Shown here one piece after another: positions 49,911 to 58,336 of a stretch of DNA of 64,000 nt. The notes beneath the pieces are model-generated. The model ran no database searches. It was not told the origin of the DNA and was given only the letters and a program-made list of their open reading frames with translations. The stretch spans positions 32,001-96,000 of the forward strand of contig JAVVEA010000002.1 of the NCBI GenBank assembly GCA_032250835.1, written 5' to 3'. Both the position numbers and the translations under genes were made by a program. Source of the DNA: a bacterium (GTDB lineage Bacteria; SAR324; XYD2-FULL-50-16). Within the stretch, counting starts at the first letter, position 1. Each line of letters starts with the position of its first letter.

Positions 49911-50324
49911 ATGAAAAAACTGACCGGAGCACCGCTCGCCATTCTGGCTATCTTCGTTACCTGGACCCTTTTGGATTTTGTGATCCATGGCTTGGTTTTG
50001 GGCCGGTATTATAAGGCCCTGATGCCGCTGATCCGCCCGCCCCAAGATATGTCCTTGTGGCTGTTAAATGCTTTGATGCTGCTGATGGACTTAGTCTTTG
50101 TAGGCCTCTTTTATTACCTCAATGAACGGCGCGAAAAGAAGCAGGCCTTAGTCTACGGGTTGGTCATGGGCTTGCTGATGGGTTTTGTGATCGGCTGGGG
50201 CACCTGGACGGTGATCCCCATTCCGAACTATATGGCTTGGGTTTGGTTCTTGGGGACATGGGGCGAATTTCTGGTGGCAGGCGGCATCTTGGCGCTGACG
50301 CTGCCGAAAAAACCAACCACTTAG
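49911..50324 (+). CDS. Small four-TM membrane protein
   Basis: 137 aa, four hydrophobic segments, in operon. Confidence 0.75.
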   Translation: MKKLTGAPLAILAIFVTWTLLDFVIHGLVLGRYYKALMPLIRPPQDMSLWLLNALMLLMDLVFVGLFYYLNERREKKQALVYGLVMGLLMGFVIGWGTWTVIPIPNYMAWVWFLGTWGEFLVAGGILALTLPKKPTT

Positions 50325-50331
50325 GGCTCGT

Positions 50332-50347
50332 TGTTTCACGTGAAACA
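50332..50347. promoter_or_regulatory. parS: parS centromere site
   Basis: Perfect palindrome TGTTTCACGTGAAACA, the canonical ParB-binding consensus. Confidence 0.9.
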
Positions 50348-51236
50348 TCCCACCAAAGTCATTGCTTTGATCGGCCCCACCGCCAGCGGCAAGACGGGCT
50401 TTGCCGTCCAAGCGGCCCAGGCCCTTGGGGGCAGTATCCTGTCGGTGGATTCACGTCAGGTTTTTAAAGGAATGGACTTGGGCACCGGCAAAGACCTGCA
50501 AGAATACGAAGGGGTGCCCTATTATGGGATCGATATTTTAGACCCCACCGATGACTACTCGGTCGCTAAATTCCAAGCCAACGCCTTAAACTGGCTCCAG
50601 GAAATCACCGGAGCAGGCCGAGTCCCGATCCTCTGCGGCGGCAGCGGCCACTACCTCAAGGCCCTGATCCAAGACTATCCCTTCACCGCCCCGGCCACAG
50701 ACCGGTCTTACAGTGAGGCACTTGAAGAACGACCCCGGTCCGAGCTAGAGGCGCAGATGGATGCCCTAGGCTTGAGCGGGCCCCGAGATTCGTTGCGGAG
50801 GATGGCGCGCCAAATTGAAAGAGCCCTACGCCCCGCCAAGCCGTCCACAGAGCAGCCCAGTTTTAGTGAAGGGTACCAAATCCGTATATTTGCCCTCAAT
50901 CCGCCACGCGACCAGCTACGCCAGCAGATCGGACTGCGCTTAGACCAGCGCCTTGCGGCGGGCATGGTAGACGAGGTGGTCAGGCTGCGGGCTCTAGGGG
51001 TGAGCGACGAGCGGCTGCGCCGGTTCGGTTTGGAGTATCGCTGGATTTTAGAGCACCTCTTGGGCCACCTGGACGCCGCACAAATGCGCGAGAAGCTTTA
51101 TACCGCAATCTGCCAGTTCGCCAAGCGGCAGGTCACCTTCTTGCGGTACTTGCAAAAAGAAGGGGTCACCTGGGAGGAGGTGAAGCAAGTTACTGAGTTT
51201 GTCGAGCAGGCCCAACAATGGCTTGAGCAAGATTGA
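50340..51236 (+). CDS. miaA: tRNA dimethylallyltransferase
   Basis: 'IGPTASGKT', 'SVDSRQVFKGMDLGTGK', 'CGGSGHY', 'GLEY', 'FAKRQVT'; probable GTG start at 50340 inside parS. Confidence 0.93.
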   Translation: MKHPTKVIALIGPTASGKTGFAVQAAQALGGSILSVDSRQVFKGMDLGTGKDLQEYEGVPYYGIDILDPTDDYSVAKFQANALNWLQEITGAGRVPILCGGSGHYLKALIQDYPFTAPATDRSYSEALEERPRSELEAQMDALGLSGPRDSLRRMARQIERALRPAKPSTEQPSFSEGYQIRIFALNPPRDQLRQQIGLRLDQRLAAGMVDEVVRLRALGVSDERLRRFGLEYRWILEHLLGHLDAAQMREKLYTAICQFAKRQVTFLRYLQKEGVTWEEVKQVTEFVEQAQQWLEQD

Positions 51237-51261
51237 TTGGCGCAAGCTTTTGTGCTATCAT
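51233..51261 (+). promoter_or_regulatory. sigma70-type promoter for the 81-aa gene
   Basis: TTGATT-N17-TATCAT with extended TGn. Confidence 0.5.
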
Positions 51262-51317
51262 AGCCGTGAATCCTTAGAACTGGACGCCCCGTCCCCCATC
51301 AGTAATCAGGAGGCAAA

Positions 51318-51563
51318 ATGATTTACGGTAGTCTCGAAATCCCCCAATGGATTGGCAAGTTTCGCCTCAAGGAACAACATGTAAACGACCTGGGCGATAC
51401 TTGGTCTTTATTGTTGCGTTATGCCGGCGGCGGGGAAGCGATCACCTTAAAGGTACTCAAGCACAAAGGCCAAGAATCAGTGGATATGTACCGCGGCGGC
51501 GGTAAGCCCGGCAAGTTCGACAGCCTAGAAGCAGCCTTCGACCAACTTCGCTCCGAGAAGTAA
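51318..51563 (+). CDS. Small hypothetical protein (81 aa)
   Basis: Strong RBS AGGAGG 4 bp before the ATG, own promoter candidate, protein-like composition. Confidence 0.75.
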   Translation: MIYGSLEIPQWIGKFRLKEQHVNDLGDTWSLLLRYAGGGEAITLKVLKHKGQESVDMYRGGGKPGKFDSLEAAFDQLRSEK

Positions 51564-51581
51564 CCCCCTCTTTGCCGCTCC

Positions 51582-51597
51582 TGTTTCACGTGAAACA
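51582..51597. promoter_or_regulatory. parS: parS centromere site inside a 26-bp perfect palindrome (51577-51602)
   Basis: GCTCC-TGTTTCACGTGAAACA-GGAGC. Confidence 0.92.
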
Positions 51598-51624
51598 GGA
51601 GCCCTTGCCTTGGGCCTCCCCCGA

Positions 51625-52497
51625 CTAGACCAAAGCCTGTGCCAAGCTCACCCAAGCCTTAACATACAGGGGATTGAGCTTCAGCGAGCGCAACAGGTAA
51701 GCCCGCCCAGAGGCTTTTTCTCCTAGACTCAAAAACTTTCTGCCCGCCCCGTAAAGATGCAACGCTTCAGCCCGGCGGCGTTGCTGGGCCGTGGCGTCGG
51801 GCAATTGGGCGAAGTGGTTTTCAAAGACCCGCCAACCGGCCTTAAAGTGCAACTCCACTTTATTGGAGTTGCCGCCACTATGGATACGGTAGCTACCCAA
51901 AAGTTCGGGCACCACTACGGCTCGCGCACCGTCCCGCAAAAGCCGCAACCAGAGGTCCCAATCTTCGGCGGTGATCAATTCGGCCGATTCATCGAAGCCG
52001 CCTAAGGCCTCAAAAGACGTTTTCCGCACCATAACCGTACTCGTGACCACCCGGTTTCCCGCGAAGAGATATGGGCCGTATTTTAGCTTTTTCTGGTCTA
52101 CCCACCCAGATTCCCCCTCTCGGTGGCCCTCACGGAGCAAAAAAACCGGATGGCAGCCAAAATCCGCCGATCCCAAAGCCGCCAAACAACGCTCCAACTT
52201 TTGGGGCTCCCAGAGGTCGTCGCTATCTAAAAAGGCCAGCCACTCCCCTTGGGCTTCGCTCGCTCCTCGGTTGCGCCCGGCAGCAATACTGCCGCCATTG
52301 GCAAAATCAATCCGGCGGAATTGGTCGGGATGGGCCTGGGCGAATTGGTCGGCTACCTCGGCGGTGGCGTCGGTGCTGAAATTGTTGACCAGAATCGCCT
52401 CGAAGTCGGTATAACTTTGGGCAAAGACCGACTCCAAACAAGCCTGAAGTAGATCGGCTTGATTATAGGTAGGGATGATGATGCTAACGCGGGGCAT
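51625..52497 (-). CDS. Glycosyltransferase family 2
   Basis: 'VSIIIPTYN', 'GRNRG', 'AFLDSDDLW', 'GGFDE...EDWDLW'. Confidence 0.93.
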   Translation of the reverse strand: MPRVSIIIPTYNQADLLQACLESVFAQSYTDFEAILVNNFSTDATAEVADQFAQAHPDQFRRIDFANGGSIAAGRNRGASEAQGEWLAFLDSDDLWEPQKLERCLAALGSADFGCHPVFLLREGHREGESGWVDQKKLKYGPYLFAGNRVVTSTVMVRKTSFEALGGFDESAELITAEDWDLWLRLLRDGARAVVVPELLGSYRIHSGGNSNKVELHFKAGWRVFENHFAQLPDATAQQRRRAEALHLYGAGRKFLSLGEKASGRAYLLRSLKLNPLYVKAWVSLAQALV

Positions 52498-53437
52498 CGG
52501 CTAGCTCTCTTTGACAGAGCAAAAGGGTCTCGTCGATTTCTCGGTCCAGATCGTTTTGGGGCACAAAGCCCGTGGCCTTGAGTTTGTCGATGGAAAAGAA
52601 CAAAGGCTCTTCCACTTCGCTGGGTTTCGGCTCCGGCCGCAACACTGGGGGCCGAAAACCCAACACCACTTCGGCGCGAGCGGCGACCCGTTCGGTCATG
52701 GACAAGATACTTTCCGATTGGCCGGAGCCCAAATTAAAGAGCCCGTCGCCTAATTGGTCCGCCGGTAGGCTCAAGAGGTGGACCGTTCCGGCCAGAACGT
52801 CTTGCATGGTCACAAAGTCACGGTGCTGCAAGCCTGAGGAACGCAACTCAAGCTGTTTCTTCTGGACCGCTTGGACACAAAGGTCATTGACCAACAGGGT
52901 CCACCGATCCACCGCCACATCGGCCGGGGCCCCAAAGGAGTTAGACAGCCGGACCACTGCGGCGGCAAAGTGCCCGTTGTCCTTGGCGGCCAAGACGTAA
53001 TCTTCGGCGGCGCGGTGGCTATAGGCGTAAGGGTGGCGGGGGCGGCAGGGGCTAGACTCGTTGATATGCCCCACCAAGGGCGCTTGGTAGACATGGGCGG
53101 TAGAGAAATAAACCAGCCGTTCCACCCGCCCCTGGGCGGCGAGCACCCAGCGCAAGGTATCTACCGAATTGACCTCCACCGCGGCCACCGGGTCTTGCCC
53201 GCAGTAGACCTCGTTAAGCGAAGCCAAATGGATCAGGGCGTCATGGGCCCCGCAGAGTTCGGCCAACGCCGAGGCATCTTGGGTATCGGCAGACCTCACC
53301 TCAAAACCCTGGGCCCAGACAGGCCAGTCTTGGGAGGGGCGGCGGCTGGTCAAGGTGACCTCGTGACCCTGGGCTTGCAGGTGCTGGCAAAGCCTCCCGC
53401 CGATATAGCCAAATCCGCCAGTTACCAGAATCTTCAT
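52484..53437 (-). CDS. NAD(P)-dependent NDP-sugar 4-reductase/epimerase (extended SDR)
   Basis: Start MKILVTGGFGYIG at 53437 (ATGA coupling with rfbF); 'FSTAHVY', 'PYAYSH', 'RLSN', 'RDF'. Confidence 0.85.
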   Translation of the reverse strand: MKILVTGGFGYIGGRLCQHLQAQGHEVTLTSRRPSQDWPVWAQGFEVRSADTQDASALAELCGAHDALIHLASLNEVYCGQDPVAAVEVNSVDTLRWVLAAQGRVERLVYFSTAHVYQAPLVGHINESSPCRPRHPYAYSHRAAEDYVLAAKDNGHFAAAVVRLSNSFGAPADVAVDRWTLLVNDLCVQAVQKKQLELRSSGLQHRDFVTMQDVLAGTVHLLSLPADQLGDGLFNLGSGQSESILSMTERVAARAEVVLGFRPPVLRPEPKPSEVEEPLFFSIDKLKATGFVPQNDLDREIDETLLLCQRELADAPR

Positions 53438-54222
53438 GGGCGCTGTTTCCAGGGGCAATGGTTCTCTTGGTCCATCCGGTTGAGCAGGCCGTGGTCTCGG
53501 GCGGTGTCCATGCATTGCCAAAAACCTTGGTGTTGATAAACCATCAACTCGCCCTGACGGACCAGTTCTTCCATCGGGCCCTTTTCAAAGACCAAGTCTT
53601 CGCGGTCGTCGAGGAAGTCAAAAACCTTCTGGCTGGCCACAAAAAAGCCGCCGGAAATCCAACCAGCCGTAGCCTGGGGCTTCTCATTAAAAGCGGTCAC
53701 CAAACCGCCCTCTTCAAATTCCATCTCACCAAACCGGGCGGGCGGGTGCACACAGGTAACGGTGACCGCCTTGCCGTGGGATTTATGGAAGGCCAAGAGC
53801 TGGTCGAGGTCCACATCGGAAAGGCCGTCCCCATAAGTCAAAAAGAAGTGTTCCTCTCCCTCGACATATTTACGGATACGCTTGATTCGAGCCCCGGTCA
53901 TAGCGGCGACGCCCGTGTCGGCCATGGTTACCTTCCATTGGTGGACCGGGTTGTCGCCATGGTAGGTCAACTTACCGCCCGCCTGATCCAGGCTTAAGGT
54001 CACATCTTGGGAAAAGGCCCCCAAGTTCAAAAAATACTCTTTCACCTTCTGCCCCAGATAGCCCAGGCAGAGCACATAGTCCGAGTGCCCGAAGAGGGAA
54101 TAGTAGTTCATCAGGTGGTAGAGGATCGGGTATTGGCCGACCGGGATCATGGGCTTGGGGATCTCGCTGGTTACGTCGCGGATGCGGGTCCCTTGACCGC
54201 CGCATAATATCACTACTTTCAT
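53434..54222 (-). CDS. rfbF: Glucose-1-phosphate cytidylyltransferase
   Basis: 'MKVVILCGGQGTRI', 'PKPM', 'DTG..AMTGARIK', 'TYGDG', 'GFWQCMDT'. Confidence 0.93.
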   Translation of the reverse strand: MKVVILCGGQGTRIRDVTSEIPKPMIPVGQYPILYHLMNYYSLFGHSDYVLCLGYLGQKVKEYFLNLGAFSQDVTLSLDQAGGKLTYHGDNPVHQWKVTMADTGVAAMTGARIKRIRKYVEGEEHFFLTYGDGLSDVDLDQLLAFHKSHGKAVTVTCVHPPARFGEMEFEEGGLVTAFNEKPQATAGWISGGFFVASQKVFDFLDDREDLVFEKGPMEELVRQGELMVYQHQGFWQCMDTARDHGLLNRMDQENHCPWKQRP

Positions 54223-54227
54223 GAGGA

Positions 54228-54740
54228 TTAGCCGTGTTTGAGTTCCCAGTCGTATCCAATCTTGCCGTCGTCGTGGGCGCAACGGTCAATCTCGCCAGGG
54301 GTATGGGCCAAGGTGGCGCAGTTGGCGACAATAGCCATCTCCGGGCCGTACCCCTTAAAGCCGTTCCAAACCAACGGCGGCACCGTGACCAAGCAGTAGT
54401 TATCCTGCCCCATGAAGACTTCGGTCAAGCAGCCCTTGGTAGGCGAGCCTTCGCGGTCGTCAAAGAGCACAAACTTGATGCGACCGTGGGGGACCGCATA
54501 GTTCAAGGTCATTTCCTTGTGGATATGCCAAGCCTTGATGGCCCCTGGATGGATGCAGGAAAAGTAGATTTCCCCAAATTGGTCAAAGTGGGCGTCGGTG
54601 CTGCGCATCAAGTGCATGATCTTGCCGCGCTCGTCGGGAATCTGAGCCAGCGGGCGGATGCCCACGCCTTGGATCTCGCGCTTTTCGGGGTCGGGCACAA
54701 AGCCTTTTTCTGTCTTAATATACCGATAGATTCCGAACAT
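54228..54740 (-). CDS. RmlC-like cupin NDP-4-keto-6-deoxysugar 3(,5)-epimerase
   Basis: 'DERG', 'KAWHIH', 'DDREGSPT', 'VPPLVWNGF'. Confidence 0.85.
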   Translation of the reverse strand: MFGIYRYIKTEKGFVPDPEKREIQGVGIRPLAQIPDERGKIMHLMRSTDAHFDQFGEIYFSCIHPGAIKAWHIHKEMTLNYAVPHGRIKFVLFDDREGSPTKGCLTEVFMGQDNYCLVTVPPLVWNGFKGYGPEMAIVANCATLAHTPGEIDRCAHDDGKIGYDWELKHG

Positions 54741-55807
54741 TAGAGGCTCGCATCACAAATGAATTGGTCGATCTGCGCTGAGGTCAAATCCAGCGCAGAT
54801 TCACCTTGGTGTAAGGACTTGTACCAGCGCAGACTTTCGCCGACGCTCCGTTTGAAGTCCCAGGTAGGTTTCCAGTCTAAGAATTGCAGGGCCTTGTCGC
54901 AGTTCAAGTGCAACAGCGTGGCTTCATGGTGGGCCTTGGGGTCTGACTGATCTTGCCAGCTCCCGCTGCCCCAGAGCCCCACGATCTCCTCCACCAGCGC
55001 CTTTACGGGCATCACCGAAGTGACCGAAGGCCCGAAGTTCCAGGCACCGCCAAACTTTTTGGGTTCCTCAAGCAGCAGGGCTCCCAAGCGCAGATAGCCC
55101 GAAAGGGGGTCTAAGACGTGCTGCCAAGGCCGGGTGGCGATGGGGTTACGCACCCCAATGGGCTGGTTGGCCACCAAGGAACGAACGCAATCCGGAAAGA
55201 TCCGGTCTAAAGCCCAATCACCGCCGCCAATTACGTTGCCCGCGCGGGCCGTGGCCACACCCAGGTGGGGCATCAGGTCAAAGAAGCTTTTCTCGTAGGA
55301 GGCAAAGAGCACTTCCGCCGCCGCTTTGCTGGCCGAATAGGGATCGTGGCCGCCCAGTTCGTCGTTCTCGCGGTAACCGAAGTTCCATTCTTTGTTTTTA
55401 TAACATTTGTCGCTGGTGATGTAGACCACCGAGCGTAGGCTAGGGCTCTTGCGGACCGCCTCTAAGATATTGACCGAGCCGCCGACGTTGGTGTCGAAGG
55501 TTTCTTTGGGCTCTTGGTAAGAATAACGGACCAGCGGTTGGGCCGCCAAATGGAACAGGATTTCGGGCTGGGCTTCTTTAAAGACGCGGTCCACAGCGCC
55601 TGCGTCGCGGATATCACAAACATGATGGTCTAAGCGGTCAGCCAAGCCCAACAGGTTGAAGTGCTCCTGATCGGTCTGGGGTGCCAAGGCCAAGCCGGTA
55701 ACCTGGGCACCCATCTTGGTCAGCCAAAGAGCCAGCCAGGAGCCCTTAAATCCGGTGTGCCCGGTAACCAACACGCGCTTGTTTTGGTAAGCTTCTTTAA
55801 GGTTCAT
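54740..55807 (-). CDS. rfbG: CDP-glucose 4,6-dehydratase
   Basis: 'VTGHTGFKGSWL', 'HLAAQPLV', 'TSDKCY', 'DPYSASK', 'RAGNVIGGGDW', 'RPWQHVL'; start MNLKE at 55807. Confidence 0.95.
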   Translation of the reverse strand: MNLKEAYQNKRVLVTGHTGFKGSWLALWLTKMGAQVTGLALAPQTDQEHFNLLGLADRLDHHVCDIRDAGAVDRVFKEAQPEILFHLAAQPLVRYSYQEPKETFDTNVGGSVNILEAVRKSPSLRSVVYITSDKCYKNKEWNFGYRENDELGGHDPYSASKAAAEVLFASYEKSFFDLMPHLGVATARAGNVIGGGDWALDRIFPDCVRSLVANQPIGVRNPIATRPWQHVLDPLSGYLRLGALLLEEPKKFGGAWNFGPSVTSVMPVKALVEEIVGLWGSGSWQDQSDPKAHHEATLLHLNCDKALQFLDWKPTWDFKRSVGESLRWYKSLHQGESALDLTSAQIDQFICDASL

Positions 55808-55843
55808 TGGTCCAAGAGAAAAGGTGCCTCGGGTTTTGGCCAA

Positions 55844-55872
55844 ATACTAGCCCAAAAGCCGGGCCTTGGCAA
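55844..55872 (-). promoter_or_regulatory. sigma70-type promoter of the rfbG-cupin-rfbF operon
   Basis: TTGCCA-N17-TAGTAT on the minus strand, 37 bp upstream of ATG 55807. Confidence 0.55.
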
Positions 55873-56122
55873 TGCCGGGAGGAGCCACGCAAAAAGCAGT
55901 GCAAAATACCTTGAACCCCATTTTTGGGTCCGTCTTTTTTTTGTGGGGGGGTAACCCCCGGTGAATTCTAGTTCTGCTTAGATGAATTGGCGCTACCGAG
56001 CTTCACCTTATCTTTTGCTCCGAGCCAAAGAAGCTGGGCCCTAAAGCTGGACATAGTACCGAAGTATGGTGCATGGTTATACGGCCTTTAGAATCTACAA
56101 AAGTAGCACCGACGATATATAT

Positions 56123-58336
56123 ATGCTTTCGCTTAAATTGCAAAAAAGTCTCATTTTAGGGTTGTTTGGAATCGTCTGCTTGGTCGGGTTATTACTGCGA
56201 TTGGACCACTATACGGCCAAAACCATGTGGTTCGACGAGGCAATCGTCGCAATTTACGCTAGACTCAGCTACCTCGACATCGTCCGGACGCTTTACGATG
56301 ACATCCATCAGCCGTTATATTACTGGCTCGTAAAGTTCTGTGATTCGATCTGGCGTGATGACGTTGCCAGAAAATTTCCTTCATTGCTTACAGGGGTAGT
56401 CGGCCTTGGAGCAATCGGATGGGTAGGAACTAGATTAGCCAATTGGCGCGTTGGCCTGGTGGCTACGCTACTCTTGTCCCTAAATGCCAGTCATGTGCAG
56501 TTTTCCCAAATGTTGCGCATGTACACTATGGGTGCCTTGTTCACCCTCCTTGCTTCCTATTTTTTATATAGTTTCTTGTCTAACGGCGGCAATAAGCGCG
56601 CGATGTGGGGTTATATTCTATGCTCCGTTTTGGCCTTTCATACCCACGTAACTAATTTTATTCTTTTTATATTTCAAATCCTTTTTGTGCTCTACTGTCT
56701 TATCGACTACAATGCCCTGACCTATTTCAAAGGATACCGAAGCTTAAGCCAGTGGGATGTCCGCAGGCGTCTTCTTTTACAACTAACTTTTGCGTCCGCG
56801 TTGATAGTTTTTGGCCTCGTCTGGACTCTGAGTTCCAGGAAAATTGAATTTATAGGAGGATTTCTGGGGTTAGCTTTTATAGTGAATTTTTGGACCGTAC
56901 GGTTTTCGAGTCACGCCCCACCAAAACCACTTATATCCAAAACCATCCTAGTGCGCGGGCTCCAAATTGGATTTTGGATCGCCATGTTGAGCCCTATCTT
57001 TTGGTACGACCTTGCTGGTTCCTTTTTAGCCTATTACCCCAGAGTGGGGAGTCCACAAACCACCTGGTCCCCCCAAGGATTTAGCCTTTTGTGGGACATA
57101 TTTAGTAGCAACTTGGTCCGCGGCGGGACGCTTTTTGGCTACAGCCGAGCGAGCCTGTATACGGGGATGATGGTTATAGGAGCCCTATTAGCCTTATTCC
57201 AAGGCAAGCGATGGGCCCCGCTGTTTATCATCCATGGGTTGTATTTTTATCTCTATATATATGTCGTGGGTTACGCTGAGAACGCGATTTCCTTAGGGCC
57301 AAGGCATTTCATGGCCACCTTGATCCCACAGCTATTGTTTGCCGCCTACGGTATGGTAACCTTATTAGAGTTAGTCTGCTATCCACTGGTGGGTGTAGCT
57401 GCGCGAGCTTTTGCCTTGGCAAATCGATACGCAACGGCTACTTGGCTCACCTTGTTACGCAAACCATACTCCAATGGACTGGCTTTGGTCTTCGTCTTAT
57501 CGCTTCTATCTTTTGATTTAGGGAGTTATCGTCAAAATATTCAAAATTGGTATGACGATAATTGGGCTGACTGGAGAAGTTTTGCCGAATATTTAAATCA
57601 AAATTTGGAAGAAGGAACATTGGTCTTTTTTTCTGATGAAGGGTTTCATCACCATGTGACCATTTACACTGACCTGAAAACTCGAGATAGAATTGAGTTT
57701 GCCACCGCCCCGATGCAACCACAGAGAAAAATTTGGCAAGCTTTGAGCGGTTACGAACCACAGAGGGCCGCCCTTTTACAAAACTCCATGGGCTTTAAGC
57801 GCCTGTATGAAAATGGGCCTCCTGCAATGGGTTTTATCGTTGAAAAAGTAGTACCCGTCGAGTCTCCTATAATCCCCAAAGGGGGTCCAGGGTTGTGGAA
57901 GTTTGAAGGCGGCGATTTCAATAATTACGGGTTTGCTTCCCAAGCATATGAAATTAAAAGTCTAAGTTTGCGCCCCGGCTATTTAAGCCCGAGCATTCGT
58001 AATCATTGGGCTCATTTAATTTACCAGATAGAGGCCCCACCAGAACTGGACCTAAAAGACCTTTCGATTCATCTGAACATCTCGGTTCGAAAACCGAGTA
58101 GCTTTAAGGTATTGGTTGGCACAAGCCCAACGGATTTAAAAGAAATCGCTTTACACGAGCAAAGCTTTAATAGCCATATCCAATTGAAGGACCGGCTCAA
58201 ATCCGGCGAGCAATTATTCGTTAAAATAGCCGTATTTCCCCAGTGGATACCCACGGACTACATCGACGCTTTGCATAGCGTAATGATCAGCGATTTGGAT
58301 TTTGAAGGCCATTTAGTGAGAAAGGGGACTCCATGA
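56123..58336 (+). CDS. GT-C (PMT/ArnT-like) membrane glycosyltransferase; paralog of 10215-12488
   Basis: 'LRL...TMWFDE', 'HQPLYY', 'SQMLRMY'; start MLSLK at 56123 (alternative 56066). Confidence 0.85.
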   Translation: MLSLKLQKSLILGLFGIVCLVGLLLRLDHYTAKTMWFDEAIVAIYARLSYLDIVRTLYDDIHQPLYYWLVKFCDSIWRDDVARKFPSLLTGVVGLGAIGWVGTRLANWRVGLVATLLLSLNASHVQFSQMLRMYTMGALFTLLASYFLYSFLSNGGNKRAMWGYILCSVLAFHTHVTNFILFIFQILFVLYCLIDYNALTYFKGYRSLSQWDVRRRLLLQLTFASALIVFGLVWTLSSRKIEFIGGFLGLAFIVNFWTVRFSSHAPPKPLISKTILVRGLQIGFWIAMLSPIFWYDLAGSFLAYYPRVGSPQTTWSPQGFSLLWDIFSSNLVRGGTLFGYSRASLYTGMMVIGALLALFQGKRWAPLFIIHGLYFYLYIYVVGYAENAISLGPRHFMATLIPQLLFAAYGMVTLLELVCYPLVGVAARAFALANRYATATWLTLLRKPYSNGLALVFVLSLLSFDLGSYRQNIQNWYDDNWADWRSFAEYLNQNLEEGTLVFFSDEGFHHHVTIYTDLKTRDRIEFATAPMQPQRKIWQALSGYEPQRAALLQNSMGFKRLYENGPPAMGFIVEKVVPVESPIIPKGGPGLWKFEGGDFNNYGFASQAYEIKSLSLRPGYLSPSIRNHWAHLIYQIEAPPELDLKDLSIHLNISVRKPSSFKVLVGTSPTDLKEIALHEQSFNSHIQLKDRLKSGEQLFVKIAVFPQWIPTDYIDALHSVMISDLDFEGHLVRKGTP

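Noticed and set aside
50331-50348. 'MFHVKH' N-terminus of MiaA
   Set aside because: This is the translation of the parS palindrome, not evidence for the TTG start
52871-54743. Long plus-strand ORFs (221, 179, 169 aa) and the many other antisense ORFs in the track
   Set aside because: Shadows of well-supported genes on the opposite strand in GC-rich sequence; no motifs
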